NCBI GenBank assembly: GCA_963691875.1
Contig: OY829846.1
Span: 576,001-640,000, forward strand
Length of the DNA: 64,000 bases
Source: Aureliella sp.
GTDB taxonomy: Bacteria; Planctomycetota; Planctomycetia; Pirellulales; Pirellulaceae
Direction of reading: 5' to 3'
Shown in pieces: positions 19,225 to 29,200 of this stretch (position 1 is the first letter of the stretch; every line of letters starts with the position of its first letter). Both the position numbers and the translations under genes were made by a program. The notes beneath the pieces were generated by a model. It was not told the DNA's origin and did no database searches. It worked only from the letters and a program-made list of their open reading frames with translations.

Positions 19225-22131
19225 ATGTGCTCTTCACGAACCATTATCTGTCTCGCATGCTTGACGATCGCGGCGACTGTGCAGTCGCTTAAGACAAATT
19301 TAGCAGCAACCGATGAACCGGAGGTGCAAAACGTAAACTTCGTGAAAGATGTCGCTCCGATTCTTTCTGAGCATTGCATCCGCTGTCATTACCCTGGGAA
19401 TGAGAAAGGCGATCTATCGCTTGCGACTGCAGAAACTCTGCTTGAACGCGACTACTTAGTTCCAGGCAAGCCGGACGAAAGCTATTTGGTAGAGCTGATC
19501 ACAACCGACGACAATGGCAAGGCACAAATGCCTCAGGAAGGCCCGGCGCTGCCTGCAAAGCAAGTTGAGCTGGTCCGAAGCTGGATCAAGCAGGGGGCAA
19601 TTTGGCCCGAAGACACAATGGTGAAAGCAAAACCCAAAGCCGATCTCAGCTGGTGGTCCTTGCAGCCGTTGAGGATCAATGGACCGCCTAAGGCGAATGG
19701 ACATGCAGAGTTCCAGGCTTGGCAGTCTCCCATCGACCGCTACCTGGCTTTGAAACTACGTGAATCGAATTTAACGCCGAACAAGCAAGCGGATCGGCGT
19801 AGCGTGATTCGGCGGTTGAGCTACGATCTCACCGGCTTACCCCCAACTCCCGCGGAAATTGAGGACTTCGAATCGAGCCCGGCAAAAAATGCTTACGAAA
19901 AGTTAGTGGATCGACTGCTAGCTTCGCCACGGTACGGTGAACGCTGGGGACGGCACTGGCTTGATGTCGTTCGTTTTGGTGAAAGCACGGGATATGAGCA
20001 AAATATCATCGTGGACGAAGCCTGGCCATTTCGAGACTACGTCATTCGGTCTTTCAATGACGACAAGCCGATGAATCAGTTCATCCGGGAGCATCTGGCA
20101 GGAGATGTGCTGCAACCCGATAATCCAGATGTAAAGATTGGCTCAGCATTCTTGGTGAATGGAGCTTACGATACAGTCGGCAATCAAGATGCTATCCAAG
20201 CCGCTCAGATACGAGCTGACACAATCGACGAAGTTGTTCGGGCGACGAGCGAAGCCTTTCTCGGATTAACAATGGGATGCGCTCGCTGTCATGACCACAA
20301 GTTTGATCCGATCCAGCAGCGCGACTACTACCGCCTATACGCAACTTTCGCTGGCCTGAAGCATGGCTCTGGCCTCTTGTCGTCTCCAGCGGATGTCAAG
20401 GCACGGGAGGAAAAGCTCGCACCGCTGAATCAGAAACATGATGAATTGAATTCTGCCGTCGGCTTAATTGAGCAGACAATCTCGCAAAGGATCAAGGAGA
20501 AGGCCGCTGAGTTTGAAGATGCTTGGACCCGGGAGGCCGTGAATCGAACTGGCACAGAAGAACGTTTTGATGCGGTTGAAGCCAAATTCGTCAAATTGAC
20601 TTGCGTGAGAAGGGACGACAATGCGAAATCCGGCAGCGGATTTCGAATGGACGAGTTTGAGATATGGTCGGCAGGAAAGGAACCAAGGAATGTCGCGTTG
20701 GCGAGCAACGGTTCTGTTGCGACTGGTCCAAGTCGAAACATCGAGGACTTCAAGGGTGCCTACGCCGCCAAGCTCACAATTGATGGACAATTCGGTGCGA
20801 GGTTTCTGTCGTCGGGCAACTACCTACAAATTGAACTCAAAAAGCCAACGTTGATTGATAGAGTCTTTTTCTCCAGTGCTCGAAATGAACCGAAGCCCGA
20901 GCAGGGGAAATTCAGTTTCGTTGCCGACTTTCGCATAGAGGTCTCACTGGACGGCGAGGAGTGGCAGGTTGTTGCGACGGGGGATTACAGAAAGCCAGCC
21001 TCGATAGCGGTTCGCGATGCAAGGATTCGTGATGAAATCGTTCTAGAGGAAGAGAAACAGAAGCTGGCGGAACTTCGGAAGCAGATCCGTGAAGTGAAAT
21101 CCGAGATCGCAAATGTGCCAGGCCTACGAAGGGCTTGGATTGGAAGTCGTGATGCCAAGCTGGCAGCAGGGCCTTTCAACGTTTTCCTTGGTGGCGATCC
21201 GCTGCGTAAGGGTGAAACAGTGCTGCCTTCAAGCCCAAGTTTTCTCGGTAATGCGTTGCCAAGCTACGAGATCAACGACTTGTCAGGAGAATCTGAGCGA
21301 CGGATCGCGCTCGCAAATTGGATCACCCACGATAATAACGCTTTGGTGGCTCGCGTTTTGGTGAATCGTGTCTGGCAGTACCATTTTGGCACCGGCATCG
21401 TCTCCACACCGAGCGATTTTGGTTACATGGGCGAAAAGCCATCGCATCCAGAGTTGCTCGATTACCTTGCGGACCAATTCATCCAAGGTGGTTGGAAGCT
21501 GAAGCAGCTGCACAAACAAATTCTCATGAGCCAAGCTTATCGCCAATCGAGCGAAGGAAATGAGCGGGCTTTGCGCGCTGATGCAGACTCGCGATTGCTC
21601 TGGCGTTTTCCTCCTAGACGATTGGCTGCTGAGGAGATTCGTGACAGCATGATTTACGTTTCGGGCCAATTGCGAGAAGGAATGTACGGCAAAGGATTTC
21701 GGTTGTACAAATACTTGCGTGACAACGTGGCCACTTATGTTCCCTTGGACGAGCACGGCCCAGAGACTTATCGACGCTCAGTCTACCATCAGAACGCGCG
21801 AGCCTGCGTGACGGATCTCTTCTCCGAGTTTGATCAGCCAGACTGCGCATTCTCGGCTGCCAAACGCAGTGAGACCACCTCGCCGCTACAGGCTCTAACG
21901 GCACTCAATCATAGTTTCACCCGCGACATGGCGCGTCACATGGCAGAACGGGTTGAGAAGGAGACAAATGCGGCTTTAGAGTCGCAGGCAACCTTAGCTA
22001 TGCAATTAGCATTCGGGCGTGACCCGGATAAGGAAGAAATTCGAGCCGCAACGGAGCTAATCGAAAGTAGTTCACTGGCTGCGTTATGCAGAGTGCTCTT
22101 GAATACCAGCGAGTTTATCTGGATTCGATAG
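19225..22131 (+). CDS. Planctomycete cytochrome c / DUF1549 / DUF1553 (PSD1) protein with inserted discoidin-like domain
   Basis: CIRCH, SPRYGERWGRHWLD, CARCHDHKFDPI, VNRVWQYHFG, PSHPELLD, PLQAL. Confidence 0.92.
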   Translation: MCSSRTIICLACLTIAATVQSLKTNLAATDEPEVQNVNFVKDVAPILSEHCIRCHYPGNEKGDLSLATAETLLERDYLVPGKPDESYLVELITTDDNGKAQMPQEGPALPAKQVELVRSWIKQGAIWPEDTMVKAKPKADLSWWSLQPLRINGPPKANGHAEFQAWQSPIDRYLALKLRESNLTPNKQADRRSVIRRLSYDLTGLPPTPAEIEDFESSPAKNAYEKLVDRLLASPRYGERWGRHWLDVVRFGESTGYEQNIIVDEAWPFRDYVIRSFNDDKPMNQFIREHLAGDVLQPDNPDVKIGSAFLVNGAYDTVGNQDAIQAAQIRADTIDEVVRATSEAFLGLTMGCARCHDHKFDPIQQRDYYRLYATFAGLKHGSGLLSSPADVKAREEKLAPLNQKHDELNSAVGLIEQTISQRIKEKAAEFEDAWTREAVNRTGTEERFDAVEAKFVKLTCVRRDDNAKSGSGFRMDEFEIWSAGKEPRNVALASNGSVATGPSRNIEDFKGAYAAKLTIDGQFGARFLSSGNYLQIELKKPTLIDRVFFSSARNEPKPEQGKFSFVADFRIEVSLDGEEWQVVATGDYRKPASIAVRDARIRDEIVLEEEKQKLAELRKQIREVKSEIANVPGLRRAWIGSRDAKLAAGPFNVFLGGDPLRKGETVLPSSPSFLGNALPSYEINDLSGESERRIALANWITHDNNALVARVLVNRVWQYHFGTGIVSTPSDFGYMGEKPSHPELLDYLADQFIQGGWKLKQLHKQILMSQAYRQSSEGNERALRADADSRLLWRFPPRRLAAEEIRDSMIYVSGQLREGMYGKGFRLYKYLRDNVATYVPLDEHGPETYRRSVYHQNARACVTDLFSEFDQPDCAFSAAKRSETTSPLQALTALNHSFTRDMARHMAERVEKETNAALESQATLAMQLAFGRDPDKEEIRAATELIESSSLAALCRVLLNTSEFIWIR

Positions 22132-22260
22132 TTGCAATGCTGAAGTGCAGGCATCAAGCCCGCTGAACGCCCACGTTGGAGCGACGCTTCCGGCAGGTCG
22201 GCGGTTCCGAGCACGGACCGACATTGCGGCTGATTTCAGGTCAGACACCTAGGCTGTCAG

Positions 22261-23580
22261 TTAGGCCGATGGAGATAACTCGAGAGCACCTTCTTCGCCT
22301 AAATCTGCTTCGGCCTCAGAGGCCTTCAGTTCAGCTTCGATCTCCGGCACTTCCGGTCGGCGACGGACTTCTTCTTGAGTACCCGCAGCAGTGTTGACGG
22401 CGGATGGGACCCAGGGTCGCTCACCACGGCTCGTGGGTACTGAATACGGATCGTAGTAACTCAAGACTACTGGAGTCTGGACCGTTCGAGGAACCAAACG
22501 CTCTACAACATAGGGCTCCCAGACGCGTCGAGCTACTCTAACGGTTGTGGTCACTGACTGAGTCTCGTAGTACTGAACTGGCACTTCTCGCTCGCGTGTT
22601 TCCAGCTTATAGGTAGTTCGCTTGATCGTCTTCGGACGAACCATCTCTTGCTGTACATATTCTGTCCGCGTCACCGGTACTTTGTTTTCAACGCGGCGGA
22701 TAACCGGCTTCTGAACCGAGTAGGGAACGCGTCGAGTCTGCTGAACGGCTTCCATCCGAGTCGTCGTGACCGGCACTTGTTCATCAACTCTTTGGCTTTC
22801 CATACGCGTTATTTGTACCGGCACTTGTTGCTGCTGAACCTCAGGAACCATCTGCGTACTAGGTACTGAGACTTGGACTGGATTCGGCTGATAGACTAGT
22901 TGATTGTAGGTCGAACCAGCGCTCGTGTAAGGAACCCATCCCAGTCCACCGCGACGATAGGCACTGTTGCCGTAAGGATCTGTCATGTACCCGCTAGACT
23001 GCCAACGCAAGTGATACCGAGTATCGCCAGGTTGGTAGTATTGTTGAGTCATGTACTGGCCCTGATCGACGACCGCATTTTGATAAGTCGTGACAGGACG
23101 CATAGTGGTGTAGTTCTGAGTTCGGTACTGGGTCTCAGTTACTGGCCGTTGCACCATGTAGCTGCGGGTTTGATATGTGGTTTCGGTGACCGGGCGATAA
23201 GTTGTGTAGTTCTCTTCTCGCTCAGCCGTTTCCGTGACGTAAGTCGTCTCGTCGTAGCTGCGATCGATCCACTCTGTCTTAGTGACTGGCCTTAAGACGG
23301 TGTACTTCTCTTCAACAGTACTCGTTTCCACGACGGGCGTGGAGACCGTATAGGTCTGCTTCTCCATACGCGTCTTAAGGACTGGACGCTGGGTCACAAC
23401 TTCCTGATCCTCGTAAACAGTTCTCAGACGATAGCGTTGAACTTGCTGACGCTCGTAGACAACTTGCGGCCGCACCTGGTAGATCGGTCCACAGACCTGA
23501 GCGTGAACTTTGGCGGGAGTCAGTTCGGTCTGCAGGCATGTCGCCAAACAAACTAATGTCAGGAGTCCCAGTTGTCGCAT
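22261..23580 (-). CDS. Exported Val/Thr/Gln-rich repetitive protein with VPV/RPV repeats
   Basis: Signal peptide MRQLGLL..VHA; recurring YT(V/T).RPV.ET and VPV motifs. Confidence 0.75.
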   Translation of the reverse strand: MRQLGLLTLVCLATCLQTELTPAKVHAQVCGPIYQVRPQVVYERQQVQRYRLRTVYEDQEVVTQRPVLKTRMEKQTYTVSTPVVETSTVEEKYTVLRPVTKTEWIDRSYDETTYVTETAEREENYTTYRPVTETTYQTRSYMVQRPVTETQYRTQNYTTMRPVTTYQNAVVDQGQYMTQQYYQPGDTRYHLRWQSSGYMTDPYGNSAYRRGGLGWVPYTSAGSTYNQLVYQPNPVQVSVPSTQMVPEVQQQQVPVQITRMESQRVDEQVPVTTTRMEAVQQTRRVPYSVQKPVIRRVENKVPVTRTEYVQQEMVRPKTIKRTTYKLETREREVPVQYYETQSVTTTVRVARRVWEPYVVERLVPRTVQTPVVLSYYDPYSVPTSRGERPWVPSAVNTAAGTQEEVRRRPEVPEIEAELKASEAEADLGEEGALELSPSA

Positions 23581-23981
23581 TTCTTTTTTCCAGCGGGGCG
23601 AGAATTCACTGCTGGCATCCTGCACATTGTTCAGAGTCTTCCATGAGGTCTCTATTTTGGGCATAGGACCGCATTTTTTCAAATCTAGTTTATTCCGCGT
23701 CGCATTCGAGAATCGATGCAAACACCGGTACTTCAATGGCTTACGAAGTTGCTAGCAACACGCCGGGGCCGAGATGGAAGCTTGGTGAACTCGATAAACT
23801 GTTCTGTACCTGTAACTTGCGCTGGTTTTTTACCCAGCCCTCACAATCGGCAGCACCAACCTCAATTACCTGTAACCTAAATGTTTTACTTTGCCTCACG
23901 GCTCAACACCATGCTTGCCATGCCTGCAGCTCTAAAACTTAAATTTCGCCACCCTCCAAAATTCTTACCCGCAAGTTCTGG

Positions 23982-24980
23982 TTGTATCGGTTGCGTCGAG
24001 ATGGGCTCGGTGAATGCAAGAAGATAATTCGCTGCCATCACGGTAGGTTACCTTCTAACGCGCCCCAAGTTAATTTGTACTGGTACGACAAAGGTGTCGC
24101 AGTCGGAATCAGATGGAGGGAATCGTTGATTGAAAAATGCAAAAGCTTATTCCTGGTCCGGCGTCTTAGTTGGCCTTTCCTCGGCGCAATCATCACGTTG
24201 CAGGTGGTACTGACGACCCTCTTAAACCTGGTAGTCTTTCGATATAAGTGGTTGGATCCCATCACCAGAGTGACCGGCGGTATTGCATCAGAAACGCTGA
24301 TCGGCAATCTCTTCTTTCTTGCGGTCATGCTCGCCCTGTTTTTTAAAGTCGCGAAGCTGAAACCCAAAGATCTTGCGTTGCATGGCGGAACGGATCAGTC
24401 AATTTGGGTTGGAGTCGTTTGGACAGCGATTGCAATTATTTTCTTGCACTTCAGTGCTCTTGCGTTCTGCATTCTTTCGTCTGCGGAAGTTGTAAGGCAG
24501 TTGCCGAATTGGCCGCAGATTGTCGCACAGCTCTTCGGCAATGCACTATACGAAGAATTGATCTTCCGAGCATTTCTAATACCGCAATTTGTGCTGCTCA
24601 TCAAGAAAGCAAAACGCAAATGGAGTTGGACGACATGTTTAATACTCTCATTGCTTGCGTCGCAACTTGTTTTTGCACTGATCCATATTCCCAATCGTAT
24701 ATTTTTGGGCAGTTATTCAACGGCAGCAGCAGTGATTCAGGATCAAGTGCAAGTACTGATACTCGGGCTGCTCTTTGCTTGGGTATTTTTAGCGACAAGG
24801 AACATTTACGCTGCCGTTGGAGTACATGCTCCGGTCAACAAGAGTGTGATTTTGCTGGTTCTTCCCAGCGGAGATTTGATACTTTCCGTGTTCCTCATAA
24901 TCCCGGTTGCCTATCTTTGGGACGGATTCGTGACAAGAAGAAAAGAAAAGCGAGACGCGGCAGAGGAGCAAAACGCGTAA
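23982..24980 (+). CDS. CPBP (CAAX protease/Abi) intramembrane metalloprotease; true start probably downstream
   Basis: EELIFRAFL, FALIH, GVHAPVN motifs. Confidence 0.85.
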   Translation: MYRLRRDGLGECKKIIRCHHGRLPSNAPQVNLYWYDKGVAVGIRWRESLIEKCKSLFLVRRLSWPFLGAIITLQVVLTTLLNLVVFRYKWLDPITRVTGGIASETLIGNLFFLAVMLALFFKVAKLKPKDLALHGGTDQSIWVGVVWTAIAIIFLHFSALAFCILSSAEVVRQLPNWPQIVAQLFGNALYEELIFRAFLIPQFVLLIKKAKRKWSWTTCLILSLLASQLVFALIHIPNRIFLGSYSTAAAVIQDQVQVLILGLLFAWVFLATRNIYAAVGVHAPVNKSVILLVLPSGDLILSVFLIIPVAYLWDGFVTRRKEKRDAAEEQNA

Positions 24981-24982
24981 GC

Positions 24983-25326
24983 ATGATAAAACCAACTTGG
25001 CTGATCGAAACAAACGTGCAGGGGCGTCCGTCGGAAGCTTTGCAAGCGGAGATTCGGTGGCAAGATATGGTGGTGCAGGTCGTCAAGCTGTTCCTGCATA
25101 CGGCGAAGCCAGGCGAAACCCTACACGCGGTCCCTCTCGCGGGAAACGCTGTCGTCTTTTGTTCTGGCACGCTGCCCTCGATGCAGTACATCCAGTCTCA
25201 TCGGCGGTTGAAGCCAGGGGATGGTGCATCTTCAAAGATCTCTCTTGTTCAATTAACTACGCGCGTTTTAGTGAGGAGATGTTGAACCGAGACGACGATT
25301 TGCTGCCCTCTGCAGAGGCAGCGTGA
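24983..25326 (+). pseudogene. Truncated, frameshifted N-terminus of an ATP-grasp (DUF4343/R2K-like) gene
   Basis: MIKPTWLIE...GTLP..QYIQSHRRLKPG, then a shift at the G4 run (~25217-25220) to GWCIFKDLSCS..YA.F...LN...LP..EA*; family recognised from memory. Confidence 0.5.
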
Positions 25327-25386
25327 CCAAGGAGCGTCTGTTTTAGCGCAAGCCCTCTTGATGAGAATCCGCACTAAGCTGCATGG

Positions 25387-26094
25387 CTATTGACCATATA
25401 TCTGCTCTGCACGCTGGAACATGATCCACGATGTGACAATGTACTTGTCATTCGAAACCGGCACGCCACCTTTGTGAGTGTGGGTGAAGCCAGCGGGTGC
25501 GATGACCATGCGGCCGACTTCGGGCTGTATCTTCTTTTGCTGGTAAAAAAATTCAGTGTGTCCGCCTTCCTCGACTGAGTTCAGGAAGAACATGAAAAGT
25601 AGGACGCGGTGTAAGGTTTCGCAGTTTTGTTCCCGTGGATAGATCTCGGAGTGCCAATGGTGGTAGCCACCTAGACCTTTCTGGTACTTCTGCAGATTCA
25701 AATATCCGGGACGGTAGATGCTTAGCACAATACCTTGCAGCTGCTCCTCCGGAATTCGGTCGATATTGTCAACCGCGACTTCAACGACTTCGCCGCTAGC
25801 AAGTTGGATCGTGGGTGCTATCGCACCACATATCAGGAAAGGATGCTTGCGCACATACTCGGTGAGCTTGGCTGCAGTGAAATTGAACAGTTGTTGATTT
25901 ATCGCAGTCCATTCCTGGTATTCCGAGATGCAACAGTCAACACTTTTTTTCTTTCGAGAGTCGACCCCCGCGCCGGTCTCGCCAGGTATTTGAATCTGAG
26001 GGAACGACTCGAACGTGTCGATGATCTGCTCGCAAAATTCAGGGCTTAAAACGGAATCGTATACGCCGAGAAAGTCTTCGTTGGGTCCAACCAT
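25387..26094 (-). CDS. 2OG-Fe(II) oxygenase (2OG-FeII_Oxy_3, prolyl-hydroxylase-like)
   Basis: HWHSE, FLN.VEEGGHTEF, PAGFTHTHKG, KYIVTSW. Confidence 0.88.
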   Translation of the reverse strand: MVGPNEDFLGVYDSVLSPEFCEQIIDTFESFPQIQIPGETGAGVDSRKKKSVDCCISEYQEWTAINQQLFNFTAAKLTEYVRKHPFLICGAIAPTIQLASGEVVEVAVDNIDRIPEEQLQGIVLSIYRPGYLNLQKYQKGLGGYHHWHSEIYPREQNCETLHRVLLFMFFLNSVEEGGHTEFFYQQKKIQPEVGRMVIAPAGFTHTHKGGVPVSNDKYIVTSWIMFQRAEQIYGQ

Positions 26095-26219
26095 GATTTA
26101 CGAACCAGTTGGTAATCAAGGATGTGCGTGGAAAGAGAAACAGCCAAGGCGTCGATTGCCCTGGCCGTTCCATTGGATTCAATCAAGTTGGTTATCGCAA
26201 TGCGAAACCACAGTATCGC

Positions 26220-29200
26220 TTACAACTGCCACCATCGCAGCTCTTCATCCTCCAGTTGCCCGAAGACGGAGTCGGTCGATACCGGAGAATCCGCTGGTGC
26301 CGAAGTAAGAAAATCCACTTGATATCGTGGTGACGTAGCGCTTTCAGTTGTCTCCATTCCATCCGCGTCTTCTATCAGACCGTCCGTGAGTGCTCCATCG
26401 GCCTGAACTCCCGCATCTTGCTCTGACTGTTCGAATCGATCGTGTGCACCTGCGAGCATGATTCCAGCAAACTGCATAGCTGCCATTCCGTCGAATTCAC
26501 CCGATCCTCCACGGTCACCACCGCGGCCAAAGTACGAAAAAGATTTAGAGCTCTCGGCTACGAGGGTACCCGACTCGAGAGCAAGTACACCCACGACTTC
26601 GGTGGTGTGCCTTAGCTCTCTGTCGCGTGAAGCTTCCTCTTCGATGAAGACAGTCACACTCGTGCTCGTTTGCGCTCGGTGTCGAACTGTAGCGGTGTCT
26701 CTACCATCTCGCTTCTGCATGTCCGACAAAATGACGGGACTCGATGATCCACCAATGCTTCCGAAATTGATCGTGGTGTCCCGGTGAGTCACCGTGTCAC
26801 CAGAAACGACTGCGTTCATGAAGACATCGCCGCTCGTACCAGTACCCAGATCAATAGCGACATAGCCGACGGATTCAGTTGCATGAATACCATCTGCCGC
26901 TTCTTCCTCCTGCATCTGCATTTGGAAGTTATCGCCGTTGATGTTTCGCAGACGCTCGACAACCGCTGCGCTATCGTTGACCGTTTGGACTTGTGCGATC
27001 ACCAGCGGAGCCGACGAGAAACTCGAACCGAATGTCACAGTTTGGAATGTCTCATTCGTCAAGTCGACCTTGTCAGCAACAATTTGGGTTCCGTCCGCCA
27101 AGGTGTGGGTGCCGGCTTCTACCACCAAATATCCGATGTTCTCGGTGGTGTGGTTGCCATCGCGGTAGTCCCATTCCTGGAATCGGATCTGGAAACTGTT
27201 GCTGGTGATATTCTGGACTCGGACCACACCTTGGTGACCACCGTCGCGAGTGGAGCCGCCAGCGACAACAACTGGATTGTTGAAGCTCATTGGTAGGTTG
27301 ACTGTCTTCCAGACATGAGTCACATCGATCGCCGTTCCTGCAACTCCTATATCGGTCGTACCAGACGAAGCTTGATTCACGGTGACGTTGACCGTAGCGG
27401 TGTCGGTGGCCGCGCCATCGCTGATTGTATAATTGAAGGAATCGCTACCAAAGAACCCGGCTGCTGGACTGTATGTGATCGTTCCGTCGTTATTGACGGT
27501 CGCCGTTCCATTGGACGGATTCGTCGCACTTGAGACGGACAAACTATCGCCGTCTATATCGGTGTCGTTTGCAAGAACCGAAATGGTGATAGCGTTGTCC
27601 TGATCGGTTGTCGCACTATCGTTGACTGCAACAGGATTGTCATTCACAGCGGCCACCGTCACATTCACGGTGGCTGTCGCGCTTCCGCCGTTCCCGTCAC
27701 TAATCGTGTAGGTGAAGGAATCATTTCCGTTGTAGTTCGCGTTTGGCGTGTAAGTCAGAACGTTGTTGCTGTTGGACACTAAACCGTTCGATGGATTGGT
27801 GAATGCATCTACAGTGAGTGCGTCGCCATCCGGATCGGAGTCGTTATTCAGCACGCTAACAGCAACCGAACTGTCCTCGTTCACATTGGCCGAATCGTTA
27901 ACCGCAGTTGGCGGGTCATTCACGCCGTTGACCGTCACACTCACCGTTGCAGTAGCCGTCAGCGAACCATCGCTGATGGTGTAAGTAAAGGTGTCGGAGC
28001 CAACATAGCCATTGTTGGGTGTGTAAGTCACCGTTCCGTCGCTGTTATTCGTAACCGATCCATTCAACGGATTGGACACACCCGAAACGGACAAAGCATC
28101 GCCGTCAACGTCGTTGTCGTTGGCAACGACATTGACTGAGACCGCCGTGTTCTCAAGGGTTGTCGCAGAGTCATTGTTCGCGACTGGATTATCATTCACC
28201 GCGTTGACAGTCACATTCACCGTAGCAGTCGCGTTGTTGCCGTTGCCATCATTGATGGTGTAGGTGAATGAGTCACTTCCGTTATAGTTGGCGTTCGGCG
28301 TATACGTCAGCACATTGTTGGAGTTGCTGACCGAGCCGTTTATTGGATTCGTAAAGGACGAAACGGTCAGCGTGTCACCATCCGGATCAGAGTCATTGCT
28401 AAGAACAGAGATGGCGACAGAGTTATCCTCGTTAACCGTCGCCGAATCATTGTTTGCCGTCGGAGGATCATTGACTTCGTTAACGGTAACCGTGACCGTC
28501 GCAGTATCCGTTGCGACCCCATCACTAACGGTGTAGGTGAAAGTATCGGTACCGAAGAATCCGTTGTTTGGCGTGTAAGTAACAGTTCCGTTGTTGTTAT
28601 TGGAAACCGAACCGTTGGAACCGTTCGTCAGAGCGCTGACGAACAAGCTGTCGCCATCCACATCTGTATCATTGGAAAGCACATTGATCGAGACCGCCGC
28701 ATTCTCGTTGGTAAATACCGAATCGTTATTTGCAACTGGGTTGTCGTTCACCGCATTGATCGTCACGTTTACAGTGGCTGTTGCGGTGTTGTTATTGCCG
28801 TCATTGATCGTATACGTGAACGAGTCGCTACCGTTGTAGTTTACATTCGGAGTATAGGTCAGCACGTTGTTGGAGTTACTGACCGATCCATTGCTTGGAT
28901 TGGTGAAGGAAGCCACCGTCAGTATGTCGCCATCGGGATCGGAGTCATTCCCGAGGACCGAGATTCCAATCGAGTTGTCTTCGTCGACTGTTGCAGTGTC
29001 ATCATTCGCGGTTGGTGCTCCATTCTGCCCACCTGCGATAGCGGCCATTGCTGCTCCGAGGTCAAGAACCCCATTGCCGACGCGATCCAAATGCTCAGCG
29101 CGAGTATTATCTAGGATCGCGTCTTTAATTTGAAGGTAAGTAAAGCTAGGCTGCTCGGCCCAAAGCAATGCAGCGGCTCCGGCAACATGCGGTGCCGCCA

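Noticed and set aside
24404..25285. 293-aa ORF overlapping the CPBP gene
   Set aside because: Shadow frame; only the part from ATG 24983 looks like real (pseudo)gene sequence.
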